DNA of 64,000 bases, taken from assembly GCA_002238905.1 (NCBI GenBank), contig MPNG01000003.1:34121-98120 (forward strand), read 5' to 3'. Position numbers and translations under genes: made by a program. Positions 9,529 to 18,792 of the stretch are shown here, piece after piece. Position 1 is the stretch's first letter, and each line of letters opens with the position of its first letter. This DNA comes from Alphaproteobacteria bacterium bin98. GTDB lineage: Bacteria > Pseudomonadota > Alphaproteobacteria > Bin98. The notes below the pieces were generated by a model that was given only the letters and a program-made list of their open reading frames with translations, searched no databases and had not been told where the DNA came from.

Positions 9529-10044
9529 ATGATGTTATTTTTACTAATATTTTTATTATCGTTAGTGGGATGTGGCCCACAAATGCATGACACTGTCGAG
9601 TCGTTACCACGCGGCGCCTACATTCTGGACAAAGAATCTTTTATGAAGACGCCAAAACCAGTGACACCTTATGTTGTGCACTTCTTGCGATCAAAGGGAT
9701 TCCTGATTAATCCTTTAAACATCAAAGGGCGGATGCTGAGATACACGCTTTTTGCAGATTACAAAGTCATTACAGAAGGAAATCAAAACGTTGCTGTTTT
9801 GCGTTTACTGGCTGATTGTCCGCGCAACAAGCGAGGCAATGCCCTGATAACTATCAAGCGCACCATTGATCCAAATGAACCGCTCGATCGTCATATTCGC
9901 CTTATGGTGACAGCGCTTGACAACAAATTCCCAATTGTTAATGGGTCAGGGCAAGCAACGTGCTCATTTGAATACGGCCTTGAAAGCTCTTTTTCCGCCA
10001 AAGGTAGATTAAGATCCAACAGATCTAACAGTATGAGAAGATAA
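9529..10044 (+). CDS. Putative lipoprotein, hypothetical
   Basis: It has a signal peptide with a lipobox-like LLSLVGC motif. No recognisable family. Confidence 0.45.
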   Translation: MMLFLLIFLLSLVGCGPQMHDTVESLPRGAYILDKESFMKTPKPVTPYVVHFLRSKGFLINPLNIKGRMLRYTLFADYKVITEGNQNVAVLRLLADCPRNKRGNALITIKRTIDPNEPLDRHIRLMVTALDNKFPIVNGSGQATCSFEYGLESSFSAKGRLRSNRSNSMRR

Positions 10045-10055
10045 TAAAGCTTTTA

Positions 10056-10083
10056 AAACACACACCTTTCAAGGTGTGTGTTT
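10056..10083 (+). terminator. Putative intrinsic terminator-like hairpin
   Basis: A perfect 11-bp inverted repeat, AAACACACACC-TTTCAA-GGTGTGTGTTT, is followed by CTT. It lies directly after the stop of the 9529..10044 gene. Confidence 0.4.
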
Positions 10084-10145
10084 CTTGGAACCACAGGCTT
10101 GTGCGCCCCCACCCTTTTGACATATACTATCCTTGGAGGAATTTC

Positions 10146-10670
10146 ATGATTCATTTACTACTTGCCGCGCTGCTGATCTCATGTGCTCACAACAAACAGA
10201 ACTCACCAACGCGTTATACACACAACGCAACAACTATACCTTTGCTGATCTCTAACATTTCTGTTGCCTTCCCTGAAAACATGGATGGGCACACTATCAA
10301 AGAAGTAGACTCTCTAGGCATCTGTGGAGCACTAACCGAATGGAGTCAAAAACGCTTCCAAACACACGGTGATGGCACAATGCGCGTCATGGTAACAACA
10401 GAAAAAGTGCCAACCACAGGCCCTATAACCAAAAACTTCTGGAACCACAACGCTTTAATCATTACTATTCATATTACAGGATCATCATTGTATACGGATG
10501 TAAAACTGCGCATTAAGGCACATCGATCCATGAACATTTTCCGCTACGGTCCTCCGAAGCATGGAACGCCAGCATGGGCTGAATTTATGACTAACCTTAT
10601 CAACTCTGTTGATGCACAAGTGGTGAGCGGATTACAAAAATATGCGCCAAAACTTTTGGTGCACAACTAA
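10146..10670 (+). CDS. Putative lipoprotein, hypothetical
   Basis: The track ORF starts at 10074, inside the upstream hairpin. The likely start is the in-frame ATG at 10146, giving MIHLLLAALLISCAHN (lipobox-like). No recognisable family. Confidence 0.45.
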   Translation: MIHLLLAALLISCAHNKQNSPTRYTHNATTIPLLISNISVAFPENMDGHTIKEVDSLGICGALTEWSQKRFQTHGDGTMRVMVTTEKVPTTGPITKNFWNHNALIITIHITGSSLYTDVKLRIKAHRSMNIFRYGPPKHGTPAWAEFMTNLINSVDAQVVSGLQKYAPKLLVHN

Positions 10671-10709
10671 TAATCTAACAGCGCTGCTTGAACATAAAAG
10701 CTCTTGTTT

Positions 10710-11315
10710 CTATTGAAAATATGAAACAAGGGCTTTTTTTAATGCAGATAGTCCAAAAAAGACTATAAGAAGCGGTGACACTAACACAGCCCTCTGCATC
10801 CATGTGTTGGCCTTCTGACGCATAATATACGCCAACAATCCATAACAGCAGTAAGCGGTACTGCTGCCTAAAGCAGCTCCCAAAGCCACTTGTAGTTTTT
10901 CTATAAGGAGTAATTCTGCGCTAAGTGTAGGTGTCATCACCATCAGGTTAATAACCAACACCGTGGTAAAAGGACACACCAACGAAAGCGCAGCCGGCCA
11001 CCAAACTGCAGCGGCGCTTGGCTCACCATAGCGTATATTTTTATTGGAAACATGAGCGTGTGCAGCCACACATAAAACCAAAATACCCATCACCGTATAA
11101 AGAGCAGTAGGAAAATTCTCCACCAATACAACAATGTACGTATTTAAAAACATAGCCAACATAACGTGACACCCTATGGAACAACCCAACAAGGCTTGAG
11201 CTATTAAAAAATCTCTCAGTGATCGTGTCGCCGCCATACACAACAACAAAATCACCACTGGCCCAACCGGCAAAACAATATAGGCCCCTATTTTGATTCC
11301 TTCCCAAAAAAACAT
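10710..11315 (-). CDS. LysE/RhtB-type amino-acid exporter family membrane protein (paralog 3 of 3)
   Basis: The 201 aa polytopic membrane protein has the N-terminus MFFWEGIKIGAYIVLPVGPVVILLLCMA. It is paralogous to the two upstream genes. Confidence 0.55.
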   Translation of the reverse strand: MFFWEGIKIGAYIVLPVGPVVILLLCMAATRSLRDFLIAQALLGCSIGCHVMLAMFLNTYIVVLVENFPTALYTVMGILVLCVAAHAHVSNKNIRYGEPSAAAVWWPAALSLVCPFTTVLVINLMVMTPTLSAELLLIEKLQVALGAALGSSTAYCCYGLLAYIMRQKANTWMQRAVLVSPLLIVFFGLSALKKALVSYFQ

Positions 11316-11323
11316 ATCTCCTC

Positions 11324-11941
11324 CTAAAACCAGGATCCTCCTTTATAAGTCTGCAGGGATTGATGAAGTGAGGATAAACCATAAAAAACTAAAATCAGTG
11401 GTGTATACATCACACCATTTTTCATCCAACTATCTGCTTTCTTACGTAAAAGGAACAATATAAAACCTTCAGAACAATAAACGCTCATGCTACCCAAAAT
11501 AGCACCAAGCGCCACACATAACTTATCGGTTAGCTCCAAATCCACACACAAAGAAGGGGTGTTAATCATTAAATTAATCACAAGTACCGTAGTGAAAGGA
11601 CACAAAAGAGACAAAACCCCAGGACCCCATAATTTTGTGTTTCTCGGCAAACCATAGCGAATCTTTTGATTAGTAGCGTACAAACGCCAAGCCGAAAACA
11701 ATACCAGAAACCCCATCATTGCATAAAGCTCCACCGGAAATCGCTCTACAAGCTCTCTAATGTATGCGTGAAAAGACATGGCCACCATAAAGTGTGTGCC
11801 CACAGCCAATCCAACAAGAAACTGTGCTACTAAAAAATCTTTCATGGAGCGCAAGATGGCCATACACAAAAGAAGAATCACCACAGGACCAACCGGTAGC
11901 GCTAAAGCAGCGCCAATTTTGAAACCTTCAACTATAAACAT
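11324..11941 (-). CDS. LysE/RhtB-type exporter family membrane protein (paralog 2 of 3)
   Basis: The 205 aa protein has MFIVEGFKIGAALALPVGPVVILLLCMA and RYG, CPFTTVLVINLM motifs shared with 10710..11315. Confidence 0.55.
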   Translation of the reverse strand: MFIVEGFKIGAALALPVGPVVILLLCMAILRSMKDFLVAQFLVGLAVGTHFMVAMSFHAYIRELVERFPVELYAMMGFLVLFSAWRLYATNQKIRYGLPRNTKLWGPGVLSLLCPFTTVLVINLMINTPSLCVDLELTDKLCVALGAILGSMSVYCSEGFILFLLRKKADSWMKNGVMYTPLILVFYGLSSLHQSLQTYKGGSWF

Positions 11942-12559
11942 TTAAAACCACAATACATAAGCCTGATACAAACTCTCAGCGCTATAAAACAAAACAATAA
12001 TAGGCGCCAACTTCACAAGAAAAATACTCACTCTTAGCGACATTTGTTCTGAAAGCCTAAACACCATAAACGCTAAAGAAAAGTAGGTAGCCGCGCCACT
12101 CAACCCTGTTGCAAGAGAGGTTACTGCTATCTCCAAAGGTGTGAAGGGCACCTGCAGCCTCTCTGTGCCAAGAAACAAATTCAACACCAGCAAACCGATA
12201 AAAGGACACAACAAAGAAATCAAAGCAGGCGTGTAAACCTTAGTGACAGGCCGAATGTTACGAATATCAATTTTGCGACCAGTCATAAAAGCGTTGAGGG
12301 CAACAAGCGCCACTGCAACACCCATCACAAAATAAAACTGCACAGCATACTCTTTTACATACTGAAGAATCACTGCCTGAAAAACTAAAGCGACTGTTGT
12401 ATGCGCCACTATAGACATACCTGCCCAAAAGGATGCCAAAGGCCACATGTTCCAGCCTTTTGTGGTTAAAACCATGCTAATTAATGTAATAGCAACAGGC
12501 CCTATAGGCAAAGCTACCTTAAAGCCTATTAAGAAACCTTCCATTATTTTATCTAGCAT
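11942..12559 (-). CDS. LysE/RhtB-type exporter family membrane protein (paralog 1 of 3)
   Basis: The 205 aa protein has MEGFLIGFKVALPIGPVAITLISM and LLCPFIGLLVLNL, matching the two downstream paralogs. Confidence 0.55.
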   Translation of the reverse strand: MLDKIMEGFLIGFKVALPIGPVAITLISMVLTTKGWNMWPLASFWAGMSIVAHTTVALVFQAVILQYVKEYAVQFYFVMGVAVALVALNAFMTGRKIDIRNIRPVTKVYTPALISLLCPFIGLLVLNLFLGTERLQVPFTPLEIAVTSLATGLSGAATYFSLAFMVFRLSEQMSLRVSIFLVKLAPIIVLFYSAESLYQAYVLWF

Positions 12560-12632
12560 TTATCTCCTTGCGGATACCACGCGCAAACCCTAAGCATTTT
12601 TCATTCTAACATAAAAAACTCGTCATCACGAT

Positions 12633-13394
12633 TCAAAGGCAAAGAGATGACCAAACTGGGATATGGTCTGAAGGCCTTTCTTTTTGACGTTGTGCGCGAA
12701 TATGTCCATACCCTGTAATGCAATCAAGAGCGCTATAGGTGGCAAGCATTAAGTCAATGCGAAGACCTTTGACAGGAAAGTCTGCCATATTACGGTAATC
12801 CCACCATGTGTAGCGCTCTTCTTGATGCGCGTTATGCAAAAACACACCACCAACATCCATAAATCCAAGCGAGCACACATGACTAAGCCATTGCCGCTCT
12901 GCAGGACTAAACAACAGCCTTTTAGAAAAGTGCTCCGGAGCATAAACATCTTTAACGCTTGGTACAATATTAAAATCACCCATCACAAGGACTTTTTCGT
13001 TAGCCAAAGGAGCCAAATAGGACGCCAAATCCTGCATAAAGGTTTTTTTATACACAAATTTATCACTTGTTAAGCTTTCACCGTTTGGCACATAAACGTT
13101 AATCAGATGCACTCCTTGTACAATCACATGCAGAAATCTTGCGGGCTGATGCCCTTCTTGCGGTAAAGAGGTTCTTTCCACAGAAAAAGGTATCCGCGAT
13201 ACAAATGCCACTCCGCTCAATCCTTTATTGCCCAAGGCAAATATTTCAAACCCTGAGTTCAGGGTGGGAAAATCTTCTTTGCTACATTTGGTTTCTTGCA
13301 GTGCAATAATATCTACGCTTCCGGTTGCCAAAATATCTTCCACTTGCTGTTGGCGCACACGCACAGAGTTCACGTTCCAGGATAAAATCTTCAT
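12633..13394 (-). CDS. xthA: Exodeoxyribonuclease III (AP endonuclease)
   Basis: The protein shows MKILSWNVNSVRVR...DIIALQETK...WDYR...D and PSDH motifs of the EEP-family Xth. Confidence 0.85.
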   Translation of the reverse strand: MKILSWNVNSVRVRQQQVEDILATGSVDIIALQETKCSKEDFPTLNSGFEIFALGNKGLSGVAFVSRIPFSVERTSLPQEGHQPARFLHVIVQGVHLINVYVPNGESLTSDKFVYKKTFMQDLASYLAPLANEKVLVMGDFNIVPSVKDVYAPEHFSKRLLFSPAERQWLSHVCSLGFMDVGGVFLHNAHQEERYTWWDYRNMADFPVKGLRIDLMLATYSALDCITGYGHIRAQRQKERPSDHIPVWSSLCL

Positions 13395-13714
13395 GATGTC
13401 GGCTTAGGCAAAGTGAACGATACTCCGCACCCACAGCTTCCATCGCTCTTGGGATTTTGAAACACAAATTTAGCATGCATCATTTCTTGCTGATAGTCCA
13501 ACGTTCCACTTTCTAAAAACGGAAGATGATTTTTAGACACTACAATACGCGCATTTTTGTTATGCAAAACGACATCATTGCTTTCAGCGTTTTCCACAAA
13601 AACAAACACATAGCTAAAGCCATGGCATCCACCACTTTTAATGCCCAATCGCAACACAGGATTCTCTGAGTGCGATGCTATTTTGTTCCAAGCGCTTTCG
13701 GTAATATTAATCAT
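13391..13714 (-). CDS. erpA: Fe-S cluster insertion protein, HesB/IscA/ErpA family
   Basis: The 107 aa protein has GIKSGGCHGFSY and the C-terminal CGCGVSF motif. Confidence 0.8.
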   Translation of the reverse strand: MINITESAWNKIASHSENPVLRLGIKSGGCHGFSYVFVFVENAESNDVVLHNKNARIVVSKNHLPFLESGTLDYQQEMMHAKFVFQNPKSDGSCGCGVSFTLPKPTS

Positions 13715-13717
13715 CTT

Positions 13718-14836
13718 TTACATCTTTGAAGGCACTTTTTGAGCAAGAGCTTCTTCCAGAAAGCGCATAATATCTCCCTGCAGAACTTTATCTGGCTCTT
13801 GATGTTCAACGTTTGTGCGCAAATCTTTCACCAATCGATAAGGGTGCAAAACATAAGAGCGAATTTGGTGGCCCCAACTAATACTTTCTTTTTCTACTTG
13901 CGCATCTTTTTCTTTCTTTTCTGCAAGGCGAGCTGCGTAAAGACGAGAACGCAGCATTTTCATCGCACTATCTTTATTGCGGTGCTGAGATCTCTCACTT
14001 TGGCACTGCACCACAATACCAGAAGGCATATGGGTAATGCGCACGGCGCTGTCGGTTTTGTTGACATGCTGCCCACCGGCGCCTGAAGCTCTGTAGGTAT
14101 CAATGCGCAAATCTTTATCTTCCACTACCACCATAATGGTTTCATCCACTATAGGCACCACAAAAACAGAAGCAAAACTTGTGTGTCTTTTTCCAGAAGA
14201 ATTAAAAGGGGATTGGCGCACCAAGCGGTGAATGCCGCTTTCTGTTTTTAAAAACCCAAAGGCATACTCTCCCTCAAAACGTAGCGTTCCACCTTTAATG
14301 CCAGCTTCTTCACCTTCCACGTAATCGTCCACTATCACCTTATGGCTCTGCTGCTGCCCAAAGCGCATATACATCGTGAAAAGCATTTCTGCCCAATCTT
14401 GAGCATCCGTGCCACCTGCTCCACTTTGCACATGCACATAGCACCCCTTTTTATCTTCAGGGGAGCTCAGCATAATATGATAACTCAGTGTGTGTACACG
14501 CTTAGCCAGGGCACCAGAAGAAGCATTCAGGTCTGTCAGCATGTCTTCATCTTTTTCTTGGCGCAAAAAGTCTAGCATTTCCTGGGCATGCGCATGCTGA
14601 TTTGTGTAATTGGCGATAGTTTCACATACACCATTCACTTGGGCGTATTCTTGCGTTAAAGCACGGGCGTTATCTGGATTGTCCCACAACGCATCTTGTT
14701 CAATAGCCTCACGCAGCGATTCTTTTTTTGCCAAGAGCTCATCCCAGCGAACAAAATCTTTGCACTGCAGCAGCCCTTTTTCCACCAAGCGCAGTGCTGA
14801 CTGCACCGTTAACAAAACCTCTGAATAATCCATCAC
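13718..14836 (-). CDS. prfB: Peptide chain release factor 2, encoded as a single uninterrupted ORF
   Basis: The 372 aa ORF has SGAGGQHVNKTDSAVRITHMPSGIVVQCQSERSQHRNK (GGQ motif) and an SPF tripeptide context. No internal stop or frameshift is required. Confidence 0.85.
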   Translation of the reverse strand: MMDYSEVLLTVQSALRLVEKGLLQCKDFVRWDELLAKKESLREAIEQDALWDNPDNARALTQEYAQVNGVCETIANYTNQHAHAQEMLDFLRQEKDEDMLTDLNASSGALAKRVHTLSYHIMLSSPEDKKGCYVHVQSGAGGTDAQDWAEMLFTMYMRFGQQQSHKVIVDDYVEGEEAGIKGGTLRFEGEYAFGFLKTESGIHRLVRQSPFNSSGKRHTSFASVFVVPIVDETIMVVVEDKDLRIDTYRASGAGGQHVNKTDSAVRITHMPSGIVVQCQSERSQHRNKDSAMKMLRSRLYAARLAEKKEKDAQVEKESISWGHQIRSYVLHPYRLVKDLRTNVEHQEPDKVLQGDIMRFLEEALAQKVPSKM

Positions 14837-17350
14837 TTATACAATAACATTGACTATACGATTCATCACAAAAATCACTTTTCTAACTGGCTGATTCCCT
14901 ATGGTCCGCGCAATGATGTTTTGCGCCTCTTGCAAAACGTCTTGTTCTGCAGCGTTTAATGCCACCTCTACAGTGCCACGCATTTTTCCATTCACTTGCA
15001 CCGCCACCGTAACCATATCTGCCACCAGATAATTTTTGTTGTAAGATGGCCAACTAGATTCCACAGAACACTGCTCTCGCAATTCTGCTGACAAATGCGG
15101 CATAAAGGGGTCCAACAGCAGCAACAGCGCTCTCCATCCGTGCCAGAGGTTCTGCATACACCCTGCCGCAGCGGACTGCGTAACAGCGTTAAAAAGCGCT
15201 CTGATATGTGCAATGGCTAAGTGCAGGCGCATGGCCTCCAAATCATCAGTTACCGCAGCAATAGTTTTGTGCATAAGCACAAGAAATTCCTGAGTCATTT
15301 CTTGCTTTGGCTGCTCTGCGGTTAAATCATCTCGCCACTCATCCATCATAGCATACAGTTTTTTAGCAAAACGCCATGATCCGTGCAAACCTGTATCGCT
15401 CCAATCAAAGTGTCGCTCCGGCGGCGCATCGGACACAACAAACATACGCAAAGCATCAACGCCGTAGGCTTCCATAATACTGTCCGGGTCTACAACGTTT
15501 TTCTTAGATTTGCTCATTTTCTCAGAGGCGCCTTCCGTCACAGGCGTTCCATCTTTCAGCGCCCATGTTCCATCCGCTTGTTTTTTGACATCTTTTGGCT
15601 CTACCCACTCTTTATCCTTTGTGCGGTATGTACGATGACAAATCATACCTTGTGTTAACAATCTCTTAATAGGTGTTTTTATAGGCTTAAGATAGCCAGC
15701 GCGCACAAGCATGATCATAAATAAACGAACATACAGCAAGTGCATCACAGCATGCTCCACGCCACCAATATACCAGTCAATGGGCAAAAACTGCTCTACC
15801 TCTTTAGGATCAAAACAGCGATCTTTAGGCTGAGATATAAAACGCAAATAGTACCAACAAGACTCAAAAAATGTATCAAGCGTATCTGTGTCACGCACAG
15901 CGGGTTTTGCGCATTGTGGGCATGAAACATGCTTCCAGGTGGGATGTTTATCAAGAGGGTTTCCCTGCCCATCAAACACGATATCTTGAGGTAAAGAAAC
16001 CGGCAAATCTTCCACCGGCACTGGCACTTCTCCGCAATCATCGCACAAAATCATAGGAATAGGTGTCCCCCAATAGCGCTGGCGAGAAACACACCAATCA
16101 CGCAATCGATATCGCTCCTGCTTTGCTCCAAGCCCTTGCTTAATCAGAGTTTCTGTTACACGCTCAAAGGCAGAAGCGCATGACAATCCATTCAGTTCTT
16201 TGGAGTGTATAAGCGTACCACCTATGTCATCGCGCGGCACCACAAGCGCCTCTTCCCCGCTCCACTCACCCTGAGCGGGCGCAATGACTTGCTGAATACG
16301 TTCGTTATAGCGTTTTGCGAAGGCAAAATCACGCTCATCATGGGCAGGACACGCAAAAATAGCACCTGTACCATAATCTGATAAAACATAATTCACAACA
16401 TAAATAGGCAATAACTCTTTTGTTAAAGGGTGACATGCTTCAAAAGAAAGTTTTACGCCTTCTTGTGTTGCTTGATCAGATTGTTCATCAAAAGGGTGTG
16501 CTCTTGTGTGCGTGATAAAATCGGCAACATCTTTGTGTGTACTGGCGGCTTCTTCAGCTAAAGGATGTTCTACAGAAACAGCACAAAACGTAGCGCCATA
16601 GAGGGTTTCAGGGCGTGTAGAAAACACTTCTAAAGAGTCCCTATCTTTCACTGAAAATCTGACGATTGCGCCTTCTGAATATCCAATCCAGTTTTCTTGC
16701 ATGGTGCGGACAGCTGCAGGCCATTCATCCAGATCTTTGATACTTGCAAGAAGCTCTTCTGCAAAATCGCTTTGCCTGACAAACCACTGTCGCATTTTTT
16801 TCTTTTCTATCAGCGCTCCGGATCTCCACCCTCGGCCGTTTTCTATTTGTTCATTAGCCAAAATAGTTTGATCAATAGGGTCCCAGTTGACAACCCCTTC
16901 TTTGCGTACAAGTAAGTTTTCTTTCCAAAACCTAATAAACATTTCTTGCTCATGCATAAAATACGATTCATCGCATGTAGCAAATTCTCGTGACCAGTCA
17001 TACCCCAAACCCAATCGCTTGAACTGTTTGCGCATATGTTGAATATTTGCATGAGTCCAGGTTCGTGGATGCGTGTTGTGGGTAATAGCAGCGTTTTCTG
17101 CCGGCAAGCCAAAAGCGTCCCACCCCATGGGATGCAGGACATCAAAACCTTGTGCTTTTTTAAAGCGCGCAAGCACATCACCCAGAACATAATTTCTGAC
17201 GTGCCCAACATGCAAAACGCCTGATGGATAAGGAAACATTTCCAATACATAAAAAGGATTTTTGGGATTTTTATCTACGGAAAAGGGTTGGCTTTCTTCC
17301 CAACTCTTTTGCCATTTGTCTTCTATTTTTTTAAAATCGTATCCTGACAC
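14837..17350 (-). CDS. leuS: Leucyl-tRNA synthetase
   Basis: HVGHVRNY (HIGH) and KMSKS motifs are present. The track ORF extends to 17410 across a terminator hairpin. The likely real start is the in-frame GTG at 17350, giving (M)SGYDFKKIEDKWQ, a typical LeuS N-terminus. The stop abuts the prfB start. Confidence 0.8.
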   Translation of the reverse strand: MSGYDFKKIEDKWQKSWEESQPFSVDKNPKNPFYVLEMFPYPSGVLHVGHVRNYVLGDVLARFKKAQGFDVLHPMGWDAFGLPAENAAITHNTHPRTWTHANIQHMRKQFKRLGLGYDWSREFATCDESYFMHEQEMFIRFWKENLLVRKEGVVNWDPIDQTILANEQIENGRGWRSGALIEKKKMRQWFVRQSDFAEELLASIKDLDEWPAAVRTMQENWIGYSEGAIVRFSVKDRDSLEVFSTRPETLYGATFCAVSVEHPLAEEAASTHKDVADFITHTRAHPFDEQSDQATQEGVKLSFEACHPLTKELLPIYVVNYVLSDYGTGAIFACPAHDERDFAFAKRYNERIQQVIAPAQGEWSGEEALVVPRDDIGGTLIHSKELNGLSCASAFERVTETLIKQGLGAKQERYRLRDWCVSRQRYWGTPIPMILCDDCGEVPVPVEDLPVSLPQDIVFDGQGNPLDKHPTWKHVSCPQCAKPAVRDTDTLDTFFESCWYYLRFISQPKDRCFDPKEVEQFLPIDWYIGGVEHAVMHLLYVRLFMIMLVRAGYLKPIKTPIKRLLTQGMICHRTYRTKDKEWVEPKDVKKQADGTWALKDGTPVTEGASEKMSKSKKNVVDPDSIMEAYGVDALRMFVVSDAPPERHFDWSDTGLHGSWRFAKKLYAMMDEWRDDLTAEQPKQEMTQEFLVLMHKTIAAVTDDLEAMRLHLAIAHIRALFNAVTQSAAAGCMQNLWHGWRALLLLLDPFMPHLSAELREQCSVESSWPSYNKNYLVADMVTVAVQVNGKMRGTVEVALNAAEQDVLQEAQNIIARTIGNQPVRKVIFVMNRIVNVIV

Positions 17351-17366
17351 ACTGCACCTTTTTTCT

Positions 17367-17398
17367 AAAAAAAAAGAGGAGCAACAGCTCCTCTTTTT
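17367..17398 (-). terminator. Rho-independent terminator downstream of the porin-like gene
   Basis: The hairpin GAGGAGC-AACA-GCTCCTC is flanked by A9 on one side and T5 on the other. On the minus strand the hairpin is followed by a 9-U run. It lies between the 17418 stop and the leuS start. Confidence 0.6.
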
Positions 17399-17417
17399 AT
17401 TCTGCGGCAAAACTATA

Positions 17418-18611
17418 TTAGCATTGCACCTTCAGACCAATCATAAACACTTGAGCTTTTGTATTAACGGGTCCATCTTTTTCAAGAGAAAGTCCTGCTC
17501 CGTCATAAATCTTATCAAGTTCAATGTCGCGAAGGCCTGCTTCACTCACGTGAGCTTTTGTAGATTGCGCATCTACGATATCACACTCTGCGTAAACTGT
17601 AACACTTGGAGATACTTGGTAGTCAGCGCTGAATGTCAAAAGATTAGTTTCTGCCATTCCTTGCTCTACCTTACGCTCTGTGCGGTAATAACCCACAGAA
17701 AGAAGCGTAGCTCCCAATGTGAATGCAGCAGAAACGCTGTATCCTTTAGGCGCTGTGAAAGGCAATCCAGCACGAATTGCTGATTTGCCCATGTCGTAGA
17801 AACTACCAGCAATTCTTACACAACCAGCGTCTACCATCGCACCTACTTGGTAACCCTCAACAGGGTTGTAGTTTACATTAGAAGGCTTATGGCTATCGTT
17901 CGCAGGCATAGACTTAGCGAACACACCACCAATGAAAGCACCTAGCGTAAGGTTGTCAATTGTCTTAGTGTAGTTTAATGCGACTTCCGTCATGTTGCGG
18001 AAAGAGAATTTGCGATCAATCTCGTTCTTTAGAACGATACGTGAAGCGCGCCCTTCCTCTCCAGTGTCTGGAGCAAAGGAAATACCAAATACGAATCCAT
18101 TCATAGAAACAGTGTTAAAACCAATCTTGTTGGATGGAGCCTGACGAATACCAAGGTAAAGGTTGCAACCAACTGGCAAGTCCACAACACGGCCAACAAA
18201 TCCCAAAGGACCTTTACAACCACCTGCGTTGATTGGACCGTCAATGTTAAGCGTGCTCACTGGACCTTCATATCCACCTATGAATCCTGTTCCGTATGGT
18301 GTGGAATAGAAACCATAAAACTCTGCAATTCTCTTAACACCCTCTTTAACACGGTCAAGATCTATTGCGGCAATCAATCCGTAGGAGTGATCATGTTGAT
18401 CTTTTGTAGACGACGCTACTGCCGTTAGGTTTCCACCGATACCAATGTATGAATTAGCTGCAGCTTCCCTTTGAACTTTTTGGTTAACCGACAAAAGCAC
18501 AGCGTTCACCGCTGCTGACATCTTCAAACTAAACGCCGGAGACGTCATATTGGCGGGCGCTGCCACCAAACCGGAGCATACCGCTGCTCCCAACAATAAT
18601 AATTTCTTCAT
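17418..18611 (-). CDS. Putative outer-membrane porin/major surface beta-barrel protein
   Basis: The 397 aa protein has a signal peptide, MKKLLLLGAAVCSGLVAAPA. It is Gly/aromatic-rich with alternating beta-strand-like segments and is followed by a strong terminator. The family is not confidently identified. Confidence 0.45.
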   Translation of the reverse strand: MKKLLLLGAAVCSGLVAAPANMTSPAFSLKMSAAVNAVLLSVNQKVQREAAANSYIGIGGNLTAVASSTKDQHDHSYGLIAAIDLDRVKEGVKRIAEFYGFYSTPYGTGFIGGYEGPVSTLNIDGPINAGGCKGPLGFVGRVVDLPVGCNLYLGIRQAPSNKIGFNTVSMNGFVFGISFAPDTGEEGRASRIVLKNEIDRKFSFRNMTEVALNYTKTIDNLTLGAFIGGVFAKSMPANDSHKPSNVNYNPVEGYQVGAMVDAGCVRIAGSFYDMGKSAIRAGLPFTAPKGYSVSAAFTLGATLLSVGYYRTERKVEQGMAETNLLTFSADYQVSPSVTVYAECDIVDAQSTKAHVSEAGLRDIELDKIYDGAGLSLEKDGPVNTKAQVFMIGLKVQC

Positions 18612-18704
18612 AATACTACCTTTTCAGTTCCTGTATGTTTTTAGCAAATCCTGACTCTCTTATCAAGCCAACAACCAGTATGCGCCAAGCGCTCTCAAGC
18701 AATT

Positions 18705-18721
18705 TGTATCATTTTGATACA
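18705..18721. promoter_or_regulatory. Perfect inverted repeat TGTATCA-N3-TGATACA in a divergent intergenic region (candidate operator)
   Basis: The sequence is read directly. It lies in the 181-bp gap between the porin-like gene (minus) and rsmE (plus). Confidence 0.35.
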
Positions 18722-18792
18722 TAAAAGCAGAGCAGGATACTATCAACACCACTTAAAACATTCAATACCTTGCTGTGTTAAAGTAACACATC

